A DNA stretch of 64,000 nt from Rhodospirillales bacterium (GCA_025359905.1 JANYDF010000114.1:46077-110076), one strand, 5' to 3'. Counted from the stretch's first letter, positions 27,549-37,421 are shown. Notes: a model not told the origin generated them from the letters alone. Translations and numbers: made by a program.

Positions 27549-29273
27549 TTATAGGTCGGCGTAGCAATGCGTCTCGGCCGCACCGCCCGGATGCGTCACA
27601 GCGCCCAGATAGGCCGGGCCGACGGTCTGGCCGAAACGCCAGATCGCGCCGCTGTTGTAGTCGGTCTTGCGCGGCTTCCAGGCCGCGCGGCGCTCGGCCC
27701 ATTCGGCGTCGGTCAGCAGCGCATCCATGGTGCCCGCGACGGCGTCGATGACGATGCGGTCGCCGTTTTGCAACATGGCGAGCGGCCCGCCCAGAGCGGC
27801 TTCGGGGCCGACATGGCCCACGCAGAACCCGCGCGTGGCACCCGAAAAGCGGCCATCGGTGATCAATGCCACATGCTCGCCCATGCCTTGGCCATAGATC
27901 GCGCTGGTGGTGGACAGCATTTCACGCATGCCGGGGCCGCCCTTGGGGCCTTCGTAGCGGATGATGATCACATCGCCCGCCTTGTAGGCGCGCGCCTGCA
28001 CGGCGGCGAAGGCGTCTTCCTCGCTGTCGAAGCACAACGCAGTGCCTTCGAAGCGCTGGTTCTTCATGCCGGCCACCTTCACCACCGCACCTTCGGGGCA
28101 CAGATTGCCCTTCAGGCCGACCACGCCGCCGGTCGGCGTAATGGCGCGGCTGACCGGGTAGATCACGTCCTGATCGAGCGGGAACACCACGTCCTTGTGG
28201 TTCTCGGCCAGCGTCTTGCCGGTCACGGTTATGCAGTCGCCATCGAGCAAACCGGCGTCGAGCAGCGCCTTGATGATCACCGGAATGCCGCCGACGTTAT
28301 GCACGTCGAGCGCCACATACTTTCCGCCCGGCTTGAGATCGGCGATGTATGGCGTCTGGCGCATGATGTCGCAGACGTCCTGCAACGTGAACCGGATGCC
28401 CGCCTCGTTGGCCAGCGCCGGCAGATGCAGCGCGGCGTTGGTCGAGCCGCCGGTCGCACCCACCACCACGGCGGCGTTGCGCAGGCTGCGTAGCGTGACG
28501 ATGTCGCGCGGCCGGATCTGCTTCTCGACCAGATGCATCACCGCGCGGCCGGATGCCACCGCCCAGAGGTCGCGCTCCTCATACGGTGCGGGCGACCCCG
28601 CCGAACCGGGCAGCGCGAGGCCAATGGCTTCCGACACGGTCGCCATGGTGTTGGCGGTGAACTGGCCGCCGCAGGCGCCGGCCGACGGGCAGGCCACGCA
28701 TTCCAGTTCGTGCAGATCGGCGTCGGACATGTTGCCCGCCGCGTGCTGGCCCACCGCCTCGAACACGTCTACCACGGTGACGTCGCGGCCCTTGAAGCGG
28801 CCCGGCAGAATCGAGCCGCCATACATGAACACGCTCGGCACGTTCAGCCGCACCATGGCCATCATCATGCCCGGCAGCGACTTGTCGCAGCCCGCGAGGC
28901 CAACCAGCGCGTCGTAGCCATGGCCGCGCACGGTCAGTTCCACCGAGTCGGCGATGCACTCGCGCGACACCAGCGAGGACTTCATGCCCTGATGGCCCAT
29001 CGCAATGCCGTCGGTGACGGTGATGGTGGTGAACTCGCGCGCGGTGCCGTGCGCCTCGGCCACGCCCTTCTTCACCGACTGCGCCTGACGCGACAGCGCG
29101 ATGTTACAGGGGGCGGCTTCGTTCCAGCAGGTGGCGACGCCGACGAACGGCTGGTCGATTTCTTCCTGCGTCATGCCCATCGCGTAATAGTACGACCGGT
29201 GCGGCGCGCGCTCCGGCCCCTGGGTGGTGTGGCGCGACGGAAGATGGGTTTTGTCCCAAATTTTGGCGGGCAT
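27549..29273 (-). CDS. ilvD: Dihydroxy-acid dehydratase
   Basis: ATG at 29273 within track ORF 27549..29366. MPAKIWDKTHLPSRHTT...CDKSLPGMMMAM...CPSAGACGGQFTANTM. Confidence 0.95.
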   Translation of the reverse strand: MPAKIWDKTHLPSRHTTQGPERAPHRSYYYAMGMTQEEIDQPFVGVATCWNEAAPCNIALSRQAQSVKKGVAEAHGTAREFTTITVTDGIAMGHQGMKSSLVSRECIADSVELTVRGHGYDALVGLAGCDKSLPGMMMAMVRLNVPSVFMYGGSILPGRFKGRDVTVVDVFEAVGQHAAGNMSDADLHELECVACPSAGACGGQFTANTMATVSEAIGLALPGSAGSPAPYEERDLWAVASGRAVMHLVEKQIRPRDIVTLRSLRNAAVVVGATGGSTNAALHLPALANEAGIRFTLQDVCDIMRQTPYIADLKPGGKYVALDVHNVGGIPVIIKALLDAGLLDGDCITVTGKTLAENHKDVVFPLDQDVIYPVSRAITPTGGVVGLKGNLCPEGAVVKVAGMKNQRFEGTALCFDSEEDAFAAVQARAYKAGDVIIIRYEGPKGGPGMREMLSTTSAIYGQGMGEHVALITDGRFSGATRGFCVGHVGPEAALGGPLAMLQNGDRIVIDAVAGTMDALLTDAEWAERRAAWKPRKTDYNSGAIWRFGQTVGPAYLGAVTHPGGAAETHCYADL

Positions 29274-29450
29274 GGCGGGCGTCCTGAGCGTTGAGCGGGG
29301 CGGGAGACTAGGCGTGCCCGATGTATCGGACAAGGCGCGGCAAGCCGGCGCACACGTTGCCGTCAACGCATTGCGTGGGCTAAAATCAGGGCAGAGATTG
29401 AACCGGCCTCGGCCAGCGTCACGCGCAGCGGCCCCAGACAGGACGTGCCA

Positions 29451-31925
29451 ATGAGCGGGACAATATTCTCCGGCAGTTACCTGACCGGCGTTACGCTGAC
29501 CAACACGGCATCGAATCCGGTGACCGTCGCCAGCAGCGCCACCATCGGCAACACCGGGGCGCCAGCCATCGCCGGGCCAGCCACGGTGACCGGGACAGCC
29601 ACGGTGAACTGGACGATCACCAACGACGGAAAAATCAGCGCCACCGGTTCTACGATCAGCAGCGCAGGCATTTCACTCGGCGGCGGCGGGACCATCACCA
29701 ACGAGGCGCAAGGTTCGATCAGCGGCTACAGTTATGGCGTGAAGCTTGGGGCGGCGGGGTCGGTCTCCAACAGCGGCTCGATCGGCGGCGCCGGCAAGAA
29801 CAGCATCGGGGTGCTGGTGCCGGGCGGCCAGATTATCAACAATGCGGGTGGAACCATCACGGCCGGCTACATCGGCGCGTTCATGACCAAATTCGGCTCG
29901 GCGGACAATGCCGGGTTCATTCATTCCACCGGCGGCTATGCGCTGGGCGGCATTGGCGCAGCCAGCGTCACCAACGAGGCGACCGGCACCATCACCAGCG
30001 CCAACGTCGGCATCGCGCTGACCGGGGCTGGCACGGTCACCAATTCGGGCAGTGTCGGCAGCACCTCGGGCTATGTGCAGAACGGCGGCGACAAGGCCGG
30101 TATCGACCTGCGGGCGGGCGGCAGCGTCACCAACCTGTCAGGCGGACGGGTCACCGCCGAGTGGAAAGGCGTGTCGTTCGGCGCGCGCGGCACGTCGCTG
30201 GCCACGGCCTCGACCATCTCCAGCACGCTGACCAATTCCGGCTACGTGTTTGCGGGCAACGGGTCCAACGCTGGGGCGGCGGTGTGGATGCACACCAACG
30301 GCGTGATCCTCAACGAGAGCGGCGGCACCATCACCGGCGGGCCGTACGGCATCGTGGCGTATTACAACACCACAGTCGTCAATCAGGGCGTGATCGGGTC
30401 GGGCGGGCCGCCGGGCTACAGCACGTTCGCGGTGTTCGAGGCCAATGCGGCCTCCACTGTCCGCGTCGAAATGGCGCCGGGTGCGCGTTTTACCGGCACC
30501 GTCGAGGGCGGCGCGTCGGGCACCGGTGCGGCAATGGGCACGCTGGAACTGCTGGCCGGGGCCAACGCCGGCAGCCTGACCGGGTTCGGCACGCAGTTTG
30601 TCAACTTCGCCGCCGTGCAGATCGACGCCGGGGCCAACTGGTCGCTGGCGGGAACTGTTGCCGCCAGCCAGACCGTGGCGTTCGCGGGCAGCGGCCAATT
30701 GTCGCTGACCAACCCCACCGCCATGCAGGGCACCGTCGTTGCATTCGACAAGGGCGACTCGCTGGTGCTGGCGGGCATCACCGGCGTTACCTCGGCGGTG
30801 GTCAACGGCAGCGACCAACTGGTGATCACCGCCGGGACCAGCGTCGCTGCGACGCTGCAGCTCGACCCGTCGCGGCACGATCCGGCGGGCACCGCATTCC
30901 GGTTCGTTCAAACCGGCGGCGGCACCGAGATCGTCGCCTGCTTCGCCGCAGGCACCCGCATCGCCACAGACACCGGCGAGGTGCCGGTGGAGGCGCTGAC
31001 GCCGGGGATGCGGGTGCGCTCGCCGTTCGGCGGCACGCAGCCGGTGGTGTGGACCGGGCATCGCCGCACCGATTGCCGCCGCCACCAGCGCCCGCACGAC
31101 GTGCAGCCGGTGCGCGTGCAGGCGGGCGCGTTCGGCCCCGGCCAGCCCGTGCGCGATTTGTGGCTCAGCCCGGACCACGCGGTGTTCGTCTCGGGCGTGC
31201 TGATCCCGGTGCGTTATTTGGTGAACGGGCGCAGCATCGTGCAACTGGATGTGGATGCGGTGACGTATTGGCACGTCGAGCTCCAGCGCCACGACGTGCT
31301 GCTGGCCGAGGGGCTGGCGTGCGAGAGCTATCTGGACACCGGCAACCGCAGCGCCTTCGCCAATGGCGGCGGCGCCACCATGCTACACCCCGATTTCGCG
31401 TTGCAGGTTTGGCAGGCGCAGGCCTGCGCCGCGCTGGTGCGCGAGGGCCAGCGGTTGGTGGTGGCGCGGCAGGGCTTATTGATCCGCGCCGTCGAACTTG
31501 GCCACACGCTGACCAGCGAGCCGGACGTAACGCTGACCGCCGGCCCGCGCCTGCTGACAATTGCCCGCACCGGCGGCCGTTACCGCGCCGCACCGGCAGG
31601 CGGACAGGTGCGGCTCGCCTGCCGCGCGTGGGTGCCGGCCCACACCCGGCCCAACGAGTCCGACACGCGCACGCTCGGCGTGGCGATCAAGGACATTGTG
31701 TTCAACGGCGCACCGATCGCGCTGGACGATCCGCGCCTGACCACCGGCTGGCACGCGCCGGAAGCCGCATGGCGCTGGACCGATGGCGATGCCATGCTGG
31801 AACTGGAAGGCTGCGGCACGCTGGCGTTCACCGTGGCGCTGGCCGGAACCTACTGGACGGACGAGGCCGCCGTCACACCCCAGTGGCGGTCGTTGCCCCA
31901 TCCATCGTCACGTTCACCCCGCTGA
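29451..31925 (+). CDS. Hint (Hedgehog/intein, bacterial intein-like) domain protein with an N-terminal beta-helical repeat region
   Basis: About 496 aa of degenerate G-T-I-T-N-x-G-x-I repeats (GGTITNEAQGSISG, AGTVTNSGSVGS, GGSVTNLSGGRVTA ...) and no obvious signal peptide. Then CFAAGTRIATDTGEVPVEALTPGMRV...LWLSPDHAVFV...HDVLLAEGLACESYLDTGN (Hint_2-type module), then about 190 further aa. Confidence 0.8.
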   Translation: MSGTIFSGSYLTGVTLTNTASNPVTVASSATIGNTGAPAIAGPATVTGTATVNWTITNDGKISATGSTISSAGISLGGGGTITNEAQGSISGYSYGVKLGAAGSVSNSGSIGGAGKNSIGVLVPGGQIINNAGGTITAGYIGAFMTKFGSADNAGFIHSTGGYALGGIGAASVTNEATGTITSANVGIALTGAGTVTNSGSVGSTSGYVQNGGDKAGIDLRAGGSVTNLSGGRVTAEWKGVSFGARGTSLATASTISSTLTNSGYVFAGNGSNAGAAVWMHTNGVILNESGGTITGGPYGIVAYYNTTVVNQGVIGSGGPPGYSTFAVFEANAASTVRVEMAPGARFTGTVEGGASGTGAAMGTLELLAGANAGSLTGFGTQFVNFAAVQIDAGANWSLAGTVAASQTVAFAGSGQLSLTNPTAMQGTVVAFDKGDSLVLAGITGVTSAVVNGSDQLVITAGTSVAATLQLDPSRHDPAGTAFRFVQTGGGTEIVACFAAGTRIATDTGEVPVEALTPGMRVRSPFGGTQPVVWTGHRRTDCRRHQRPHDVQPVRVQAGAFGPGQPVRDLWLSPDHAVFVSGVLIPVRYLVNGRSIVQLDVDAVTYWHVELQRHDVLLAEGLACESYLDTGNRSAFANGGGATMLHPDFALQVWQAQACAALVREGQRLVVARQGLLIRAVELGHTLTSEPDVTLTAGPRLLTIARTGGRYRAAPAGGQVRLACRAWVPAHTRPNESDTRTLGVAIKDIVFNGAPIALDDPRLTTGWHAPEAAWRWTDGDAMLELEGCGTLAFTVALAGTYWTDEAAVTPQWRSLPHPSSRSPR
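30939..31349 (+). other. Hint_2 / B-type BIL autoprocessing module inside the 29451..31925 CDS
   Basis: Starts at the conserved Cys (TGC 30939-30941, residue 499 of the track ORF) in CFAAGT.I. Ends at ...AEGLACESYLDTGNR. Confidence 0.65.
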
Positions 31926-32649
31926 TGTAGCTGGCGCGGTCCGAGGCCAGAAACGCGACGAAATTGGCAATATCCTCGCCGCTGGCCATCCGCCCGAGCG
32001 GGATTTTCGCCACCGCGCGGGCGCGGGCGTCCTCGACCGTGATCCCGGCCAGCGCCGCGTCGGCCTTCATGCCTTCCGCAACCCGGCTGGTGTCGGTCAA
32101 TCCCGGATTGAGCCCCACCACCCGCACGCCGCGCGGCGCATAGGCGGTGGCAAGCCCGGCGGTAGCCAGCATCAGCGCCGCGTTTGCCGCCCCGCCCGCC
32201 AGATGCGTGGCGGAGGCGACCTTGCCGCCCTGCCCGATCACATTGACGATTACGCCAGCGCCGCGCGCCGCCATGCGCTTGATGACCGGGTCGATCACGT
32301 TGATATAACTGAAATATTTGGCATCCATTGCCGCCCGCCAGAATTCCGGGGTCAGTTCGTCCGGCGGTGTGCGCCGTGCGGCGCCCGCACTGTTGACCAG
32401 CACATCGACCGGCCCCAGCGCCGCCTCGACCGCCGCCGCCAGGGCTGCGGCCTGTGCCGCGTCGGTCAGGTCGGCGGCAAAGCCGAACGCGCCGCGCAAT
32501 TCGCCGCACGCTGCGTCGATGTTGGCCTGCGAGCGTGACGCAATGGCCACACGCGCGCCTTCGGCACGGAACAGCTTGGCGCAGGCCAGCCCGATCCCCT
32601 TCGATCCGCCGGTCACCAGCACCACCTTGCCTGTCAGTCCGAGATCCAT
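31873..32649 (-). CDS. SDR family oxidoreductase
   Basis: MDLGLTGKVVLVTGGSKGIGLA (TGxxxGIG), with NSAG and an SDR-type C-terminus. Its 3' end overlaps the convergent Hint gene by 53 nt. Confidence 0.85.
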   Translation of the reverse strand: MDLGLTGKVVLVTGGSKGIGLACAKLFRAEGARVAIASRSQANIDAACGELRGAFGFAADLTDAAQAAALAAAVEAALGPVDVLVNSAGAARRTPPDELTPEFWRAAMDAKYFSYINVIDPVIKRMAARGAGVIVNVIGQGGKVASATHLAGGAANAALMLATAGLATAYAPRGVRVVGLNPGLTDTSRVAEGMKADAALAGITVEDARARAVAKIPLGRMASGEDIANFVAFLASDRASYISGVNVTMDGATTATGV

Positions 32650-32725
32650 CGCGCGTCCCCCTGCCGGCTGGACTATTCCATGTCCGGCGTTAGCCTTGCA
32701 GCCATCGTATGCCACGGAACCAGCC

Positions 32726-33496
32726 ATGATCGACCCGTATCCGTCCAGCCACCGCCCCGCCGGGATCGCCCCGGACGAATGGGATCTGCGCGTCCGCCTC
32801 GCCGCCGCCTATCGGGTGGTGGAGATGCTGGGCTGGAGCGAGGTGATCATGAACCATCTGTCGGTGCGCATTCCCGGCCCCGAACATCATTTCCTGATTA
32901 ACCCGTACGGGCTGCTGTACGACGAAGTCACCGCCTCGAATCTGCTGAAAATCGACGTGAAGGGCAACAAAATCGCGCCGAGCGACTACCCGTTCAATCC
33001 GGCGGGCTTCGTTATTCATTCGGCGATCCATCAGGCGCGCGCCGATGCCGTCGCGGTGATGCACACGCATTCCACCGCAGGCACCGCGATCGCCACCAAG
33101 GCGCACGGTCTGCGGCATGACAGTTTCTATGCCGCACAGTTGTGTGGCCGGGTTGCCTATCACGACTATGAGGGCCTCAGCATCCGCCTCGGCGAACAGG
33201 ACCGCATCGTCGCCTCGCTCGGCGACAAGCCGTGCATGATCATGCGCAACCACGGCCTGCTGACCGTGGGGCCGAGCATTGCCAGCGCGTTCTGGCAGTT
33301 GTGGCGCTTGCAGCGCGCCTGCGAGGCGCAGGTGCTGACCGATGCGATGGACGGCCCGAACGTGCATCTGCCGCACGCGCTGGCGTTGCAAGCGGTGAAA
33401 GACGCCGATAGTTACAGCAAGCACGCGGTCGAGGACAAAATGCTGGACGCGCTGGCCCGCCGCGCGTTCCGCCGCGATCCGTCATACGCGACGTAG
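32726..33496 (+). CDS. Class II aldolase/adducin family protein
   Basis: ATG at 32726 within track ORF 32318..33496. NHLSVRIP...FVIHSAIHQARADAVAVMHTHS...MRNHGLLTVG. Confidence 0.85.
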   Translation: MIDPYPSSHRPAGIAPDEWDLRVRLAAAYRVVEMLGWSEVIMNHLSVRIPGPEHHFLINPYGLLYDEVTASNLLKIDVKGNKIAPSDYPFNPAGFVIHSAIHQARADAVAVMHTHSTAGTAIATKAHGLRHDSFYAAQLCGRVAYHDYEGLSIRLGEQDRIVASLGDKPCMIMRNHGLLTVGPSIASAFWQLWRLQRACEAQVLTDAMDGPNVHLPHALALQAVKDADSYSKHAVEDKMLDALARRAFRRDPSYAT

Positions 33497-33607
33497 ACGG
33501 CGGCAGCCTGCATCGTCATCAGGACAAATAGATTTTCGTAACATTTGTTGACAGAATGAGATTTTGATGAAACGGTCACGCAGGGGACAAACCCTGAGGG
33601 CCTCAGA

Positions 33608-35311
33608 ATGCCTTACCCAGTAAGTATTCACTTGAAGAACTTCGCTTGCCTTATTCGCGGCCTCACCATCATCGCAGTGACCGCCGCAGGCGGATTTTGT
33701 ACCAACGCCGCTTGGGCGGCCGCGTGCCCGGCCGCCCCGGCCAGCGTGCCCGACTCACCGGCACCGCCGGTTCCGCCATTCGGGACGCCATTGCCTGCGG
33801 GCACCACGCCATCTGGCTGGCCGCCCGCTCCGGGCCTGCCGCTGCGCTGCCCGGCGGTGCCGCTGGCCGGTTCGCACGCAACCTATAACGTCGGCCCCGG
33901 CAAGCACTACACGTCGCTAAATGACGTGCCGTGGCTCAACCTGGTCGCTGGCGACGTGGTGAATATCTATTATTCGCCAACGCCTTATGCTACAAAAATC
34001 GCCCTGCGCGCCGGGGGCACGGCAAGTGCCCCGGTGGTAATCAATGGCGTTGCCAACGCCAGCGGCAAGTTACCCCTCATCACCGGCAAGAACGCGACAA
34101 CGGCGACCGATGCGATCCAGCAGGGTTTCTTCACCACATCCGGCGGTTCGATAATCGAGGAATTCGGCGTGTTTACGCTCTACCGGGGCCTGCACGATGC
34201 GTATGGCTATAAGCCGTCCTTCGTCACCATTCAGAACCTGCGGATCACCGGGGCAGCGCCGGGCAACACATTCACCGATCACACCGGCGCATTGCACAAA
34301 TACCCCACATTCACCGGCGGCATCTATGTCGTGGCAAGCCAGCATTTAACGGTGCAAAACGACGAGCTGTTTGGCAACGGCATTGGCGTTTTTGTCAATG
34401 ACCAGAACGACACGGCGGGTAGCAGCTTCTATACGACACTGCGCGGCAACTACATTCATGACAACGGCGTTGTCGGCAACTGGAGCGTTCACAACCTGTA
34501 TGTGCAAGGCACCCGCAGTCTGTACGAGGGCAACTATATTGGCCAACTGATTCCAGGTGCGCTGGGCTCCGCGCTGAAGGATCGCAGCAGCGGGACCGTG
34601 ATCCGCTATAACCACATCGATGCTGCGGCACGCGCAATTGATCTGGTGGATGCCGAAGGCGGCAGCCCCTATACTGGAAGCGACAAGCTGTACAATACTG
34701 CCTGGGTTTACGGCAACGCAATCGTCGATGACTTCAGTCTGCCCGGCAGCAGTTCCGGCGACATGATCCATTGGGGTGGCGACAGCACGGTCTATAAAAA
34801 TTACCATAACGGCTCGCTGTATTTCTACGACAACACCGTGATGATCAATGCATCGAAGTCGCAGACCTATTCTCTGGCGATCTTCGACATGCCAACGAAT
34901 AAGCAGACCATCGTTGCCGCCAACAACGTGATCACCCATACGGGCAATTCGGACATCATCCTATGCACGAATTCCCTGCCGGATGGCACGACGGGCACAC
35001 TGCGGTTCACGCAGGCGAACTGGCTGACGCCGTATACCAACGCCGGTGCCTGCACGCTCGACACCTCGGCGGCCAATATGCTGCCGGGCACGCCGGTGGT
35101 TGGAACAAATGGCCACTTGCTTGCCGGATCGCCGGCCATCGGCGCCGGAACGGCGTATCCACCTGCAACGCTGAAATTGCCAGCCCCAGCCAGTCTGGCG
35201 CGTCTGCAAGTCACCAGCCAGTTCGCACTGCTGCCCGGCACTGTGACTGTCCGGCCAACATATAAGCCGCGCGCCACGGTGACCGACCTCGGCGCGTTCC
35301 CCAGCCCCTGA
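33608..35311 (+). CDS. Secreted right-handed parallel beta-helix (pectate-lyase-fold) protein; possible polysaccharide lyase/depolymerase
   Basis: Signal peptide (...IIAVTAAGGFCTNAAWAAA), a Pro-rich linker, then PbH1-like turns (LTVQNDELFGNGIGVFVND; LRGNYIHDNGVVGNWSVHNLYVQG; YEGNYIG; VYGNAIVDD; FYDNTVM). Visibly AT-richer than its neighbours. Confidence 0.6.
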   Translation: MPYPVSIHLKNFACLIRGLTIIAVTAAGGFCTNAAWAAACPAAPASVPDSPAPPVPPFGTPLPAGTTPSGWPPAPGLPLRCPAVPLAGSHATYNVGPGKHYTSLNDVPWLNLVAGDVVNIYYSPTPYATKIALRAGGTASAPVVINGVANASGKLPLITGKNATTATDAIQQGFFTTSGGSIIEEFGVFTLYRGLHDAYGYKPSFVTIQNLRITGAAPGNTFTDHTGALHKYPTFTGGIYVVASQHLTVQNDELFGNGIGVFVNDQNDTAGSSFYTTLRGNYIHDNGVVGNWSVHNLYVQGTRSLYEGNYIGQLIPGALGSALKDRSSGTVIRYNHIDAAARAIDLVDAEGGSPYTGSDKLYNTAWVYGNAIVDDFSLPGSSSGDMIHWGGDSTVYKNYHNGSLYFYDNTVMINASKSQTYSLAIFDMPTNKQTIVAANNVITHTGNSDIILCTNSLPDGTTGTLRFTQANWLTPYTNAGACTLDTSAANMLPGTPVVGTNGHLLAGSPAIGAGTAYPPATLKLPAPASLARLQVTSQFALLPGTVTVRPTYKPRATVTDLGAFPSP

Positions 35312-35424
35312 TCCGGGCGGGCGTGACGCAACGCCCGCCACAACGGTGCGCTGTGAGGTGGCGCGCCGTTGCGGCTGGGCCGCAGCGCCATACATCGCCA
35401 TGCATAGATCGGAGCACGCGTCCC

Positions 35425-36465
35425 ATGCGCTACAACCAACTCGGCCGCAGCGGCCTGTTCGTCTCCGAGCTTTGTCTCGGCACCATGACCTTCGGCGGCA
35501 CCGGCGAGATCTGGAGCAAGATCGGCGATCTGCAACAGGACGCGGTCGATGGCATCGTGCGCGGCGCGCTGGAGGCCGGGATCAACTTCATCGACACGGC
35601 CGACGTGTATTCGTTCGGGCTGTCGGAAAAGCTGCTCGGCCAGTCGCTGCGTAACCTCGGCGTGAAGCGCAGCAGCGTGGTGCTGGCCACCAAAGTGTTC
35701 GGCGCGATGAGCGAAAGCCCGAACGATCGCGGCGCGTCGCGCGGCCACATCATGGACAGCGTGCAGGCCAGTCTGGAACGGCTGCAAACCGATCATATCG
35801 ACCTGTACCAAATCCACGGCACCGACACGATCACCCCGATCGAGGAAACCCTGCGCGCGCTGGACGATCTGACCCGGCAGGGTTTGGTGCGGTATGTTGG
35901 CGTGTCGAACTGGCAGGCGTGGCGCATCATGAAGGCGCTGGGGGTTGCCGACCGGCTGGGGCTGGAACGGCTCAGCAGCCTGCAAGCCTATTACACCATC
36001 GCCGGACGCGATCTGGAGCGCGAGATTGCACCGCTGCTGACTGAGGAGAAGGTTGGCCTGATGGTTTGGAGCCCGCTGGCGGGCGGTTTGCTGTCGGGCA
36101 AATTCGGGCCGGGCAGCAATGGGCCGGAGGGGGCGCGGCGGGCCAGCTTCGATTTCCCGCCGGTCAACAAGGACCGCGCCTGGGCCTGTGTCGCCGCGAT
36201 GCGTGAGATTGCCGAGGCGCACGGCGTGTCGGTGGCGCAAATCGCGCTGGCGTGGCTGCTGGCCAAGCCGTGGGTGAGCAGCGTGATCATCGGCGCGAAA
36301 ACCACCGCGCAACTGGCCGACAACGTCGCGGCGACCACGGTGCAACTGACCGCCGAGGAATTGGCCGAGTTGGACAAGGTCAGCGCGCTGCCGCCGGAAT
36401 ACCCTGGCTGGATGCTGGCGCGGCAGGGCGAAATGCGGCGGCCGAAGCCGTTTGTGAAGGGTTAG
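35425..36465 (+). CDS. Aldo/keto reductase
   Basis: MRYNQLGRSGLFVSELCLGTMTFG...INFIDTADVYS...HIDLYQIHG...VGVSNW.... Confidence 0.9.
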   Translation: MRYNQLGRSGLFVSELCLGTMTFGGTGEIWSKIGDLQQDAVDGIVRGALEAGINFIDTADVYSFGLSEKLLGQSLRNLGVKRSSVVLATKVFGAMSESPNDRGASRGHIMDSVQASLERLQTDHIDLYQIHGTDTITPIEETLRALDDLTRQGLVRYVGVSNWQAWRIMKALGVADRLGLERLSSLQAYYTIAGRDLEREIAPLLTEEKVGLMVWSPLAGGLLSGKFGPGSNGPEGARRASFDFPPVNKDRAWACVAAMREIAEAHGVSVAQIALAWLLAKPWVSSVIIGAKTTAQLADNVAATTVQLTAEELAELDKVSALPPEYPGWMLARQGEMRRPKPFVKG

Positions 36466-37421
36466 CGCGCCAAGGCGATGAATTGCTGGAGCCGCGCTGT
36501 GTAAGTGTGCTGCGCCAGCACCCGCTGGCGTCCGCGCGCGGCGACGCCCGCCGCCAGCGCCGGGTCGTGCAGCAGGCGAGCGTAAAGCGCGTTCAATTCG
36601 TCCGCATCGCGCCACACCAGCACTTCGGCGCCGGGGTCGAAGCACTGTTCCAAATCCGGCTGCGCGTCGCTAACCACGGCGGCGCCGCACAGGTACGGAT
36701 CGAACGAGCGTTGATTGAGTCCGGTCAATACGTTGTGTTCATTGCGAATATTCAGCACGCTGGCGTGGCGTTGGTAGACCGCGCCGACCTGCTCGATGCC
36801 GATGCGCTGGGCGTGGATTTCGTGAAGACCGGCGGGCGCCTGGCCCCAGCCGCCGCCGTACAGCACCATCGGCTGCGCCACCGCCGCCACCGTCTGGCGG
36901 CGCAGCGGCGTCGGCGTGGCGACGAACACCAAGCGGAGGTCGCGCGGCACGCTGCTGCCGGGCGCGGTGAAACCGGCGTTGGCGGCGTGCGGCAGAAACA
37001 GCGCGGCACTTGCCAGCCCACGCGCCCGGTGCAGCGCCAGCAAGCCTGAATCGGTGTAGCCGATGGCGGCGAAATAGCTGGCGCGCAGCACTGCCGCGTC
37101 GCCGAACAGATCGCCCACCCAGCCGAACAGCGGCGGCAGGCCGGGACTGCGCCGCAGTTCATCGAGCAGGCTGAGCGGCACGTCGTAGGTGCCGATGGCG
37201 ACGATCATATCAGGCGCGAACCGCCGGATTTGCCGCGCAATCGCTTTGGCGCGCGGCGCCCCGAGCAGCGGCGCGAACAACAGCCGCTCGGCCGCCGGGT
37301 GCAGGCGCGGGTCGCGGATGACCGCGTGCAGCACCTCATGCCCCGCCGCGCGCCACGCGGCGGCAGCACTTTCGGCCCAGTTGATGATGCTGCCGCGCTT
37401 GCCGAGTACGCAAATCTTCAT
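36462..37421 (-). CDS. CgeB-like glycosyltransferase family protein (Glyco_trans_1_2-type C-terminus)
   Basis: ATG at 37421 (MKICVLGKRGSII...). C-terminal ...VLNIRNEHNVLTGLNQRSFDPYLCGAAVVSDAQPDLEQCF...VLVWRDADEL...AARGRQRVLAQHTYTARL. Confidence 0.55.
   Translation of the reverse strand: MKICVLGKRGSIINWAESAAAAWRAAGHEVLHAVIRDPRLHPAAERLLFAPLLGAPRAKAIARQIRRFAPDMIVAIGTYDVPLSLLDELRRSPGLPPLFGWVGDLFGDAAVLRASYFAAIGYTDSGLLALHRARGLASAALFLPHAANAGFTAPGSSVPRDLRLVFVATPTPLRRQTVAAVAQPMVLYGGGWGQAPAGLHEIHAQRIGIEQVGAVYQRHASVLNIRNEHNVLTGLNQRSFDPYLCGAAVVSDAQPDLEQCFDPGAEVLVWRDADELNALYARLLHDPALAAGVAARGRQRVLAQHTYTARLQQFIALAR

Noticed and set aside
29451-31925. The Hint module as a true mobile intein, or the protein as a polymorphic toxin with an immunity gene
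   Set aside because: No recognisable host protein is interrupted, there is no homing endonuclease, and I could not identify a canonical intein C-terminal His-Asn plus nucleophile junction. No small co-oriented ORF follows that could be an immunity gene. It is kept as a BIL-type protein of unknown role.
30138-31930. Alternative-frame ORFs inside the Hint gene (589 aa plus strand, 384 aa minus strand)
   Set aside because: Both are Arg/Gly/His-rich junk. The 29451..31925 frame carries the repeat architecture and the Hint motifs.
34867-36645. 592-aa minus-strand ORF
   Set aside because: It is antisense to the beta-helix and aldo/keto reductase genes, with a junk composition.
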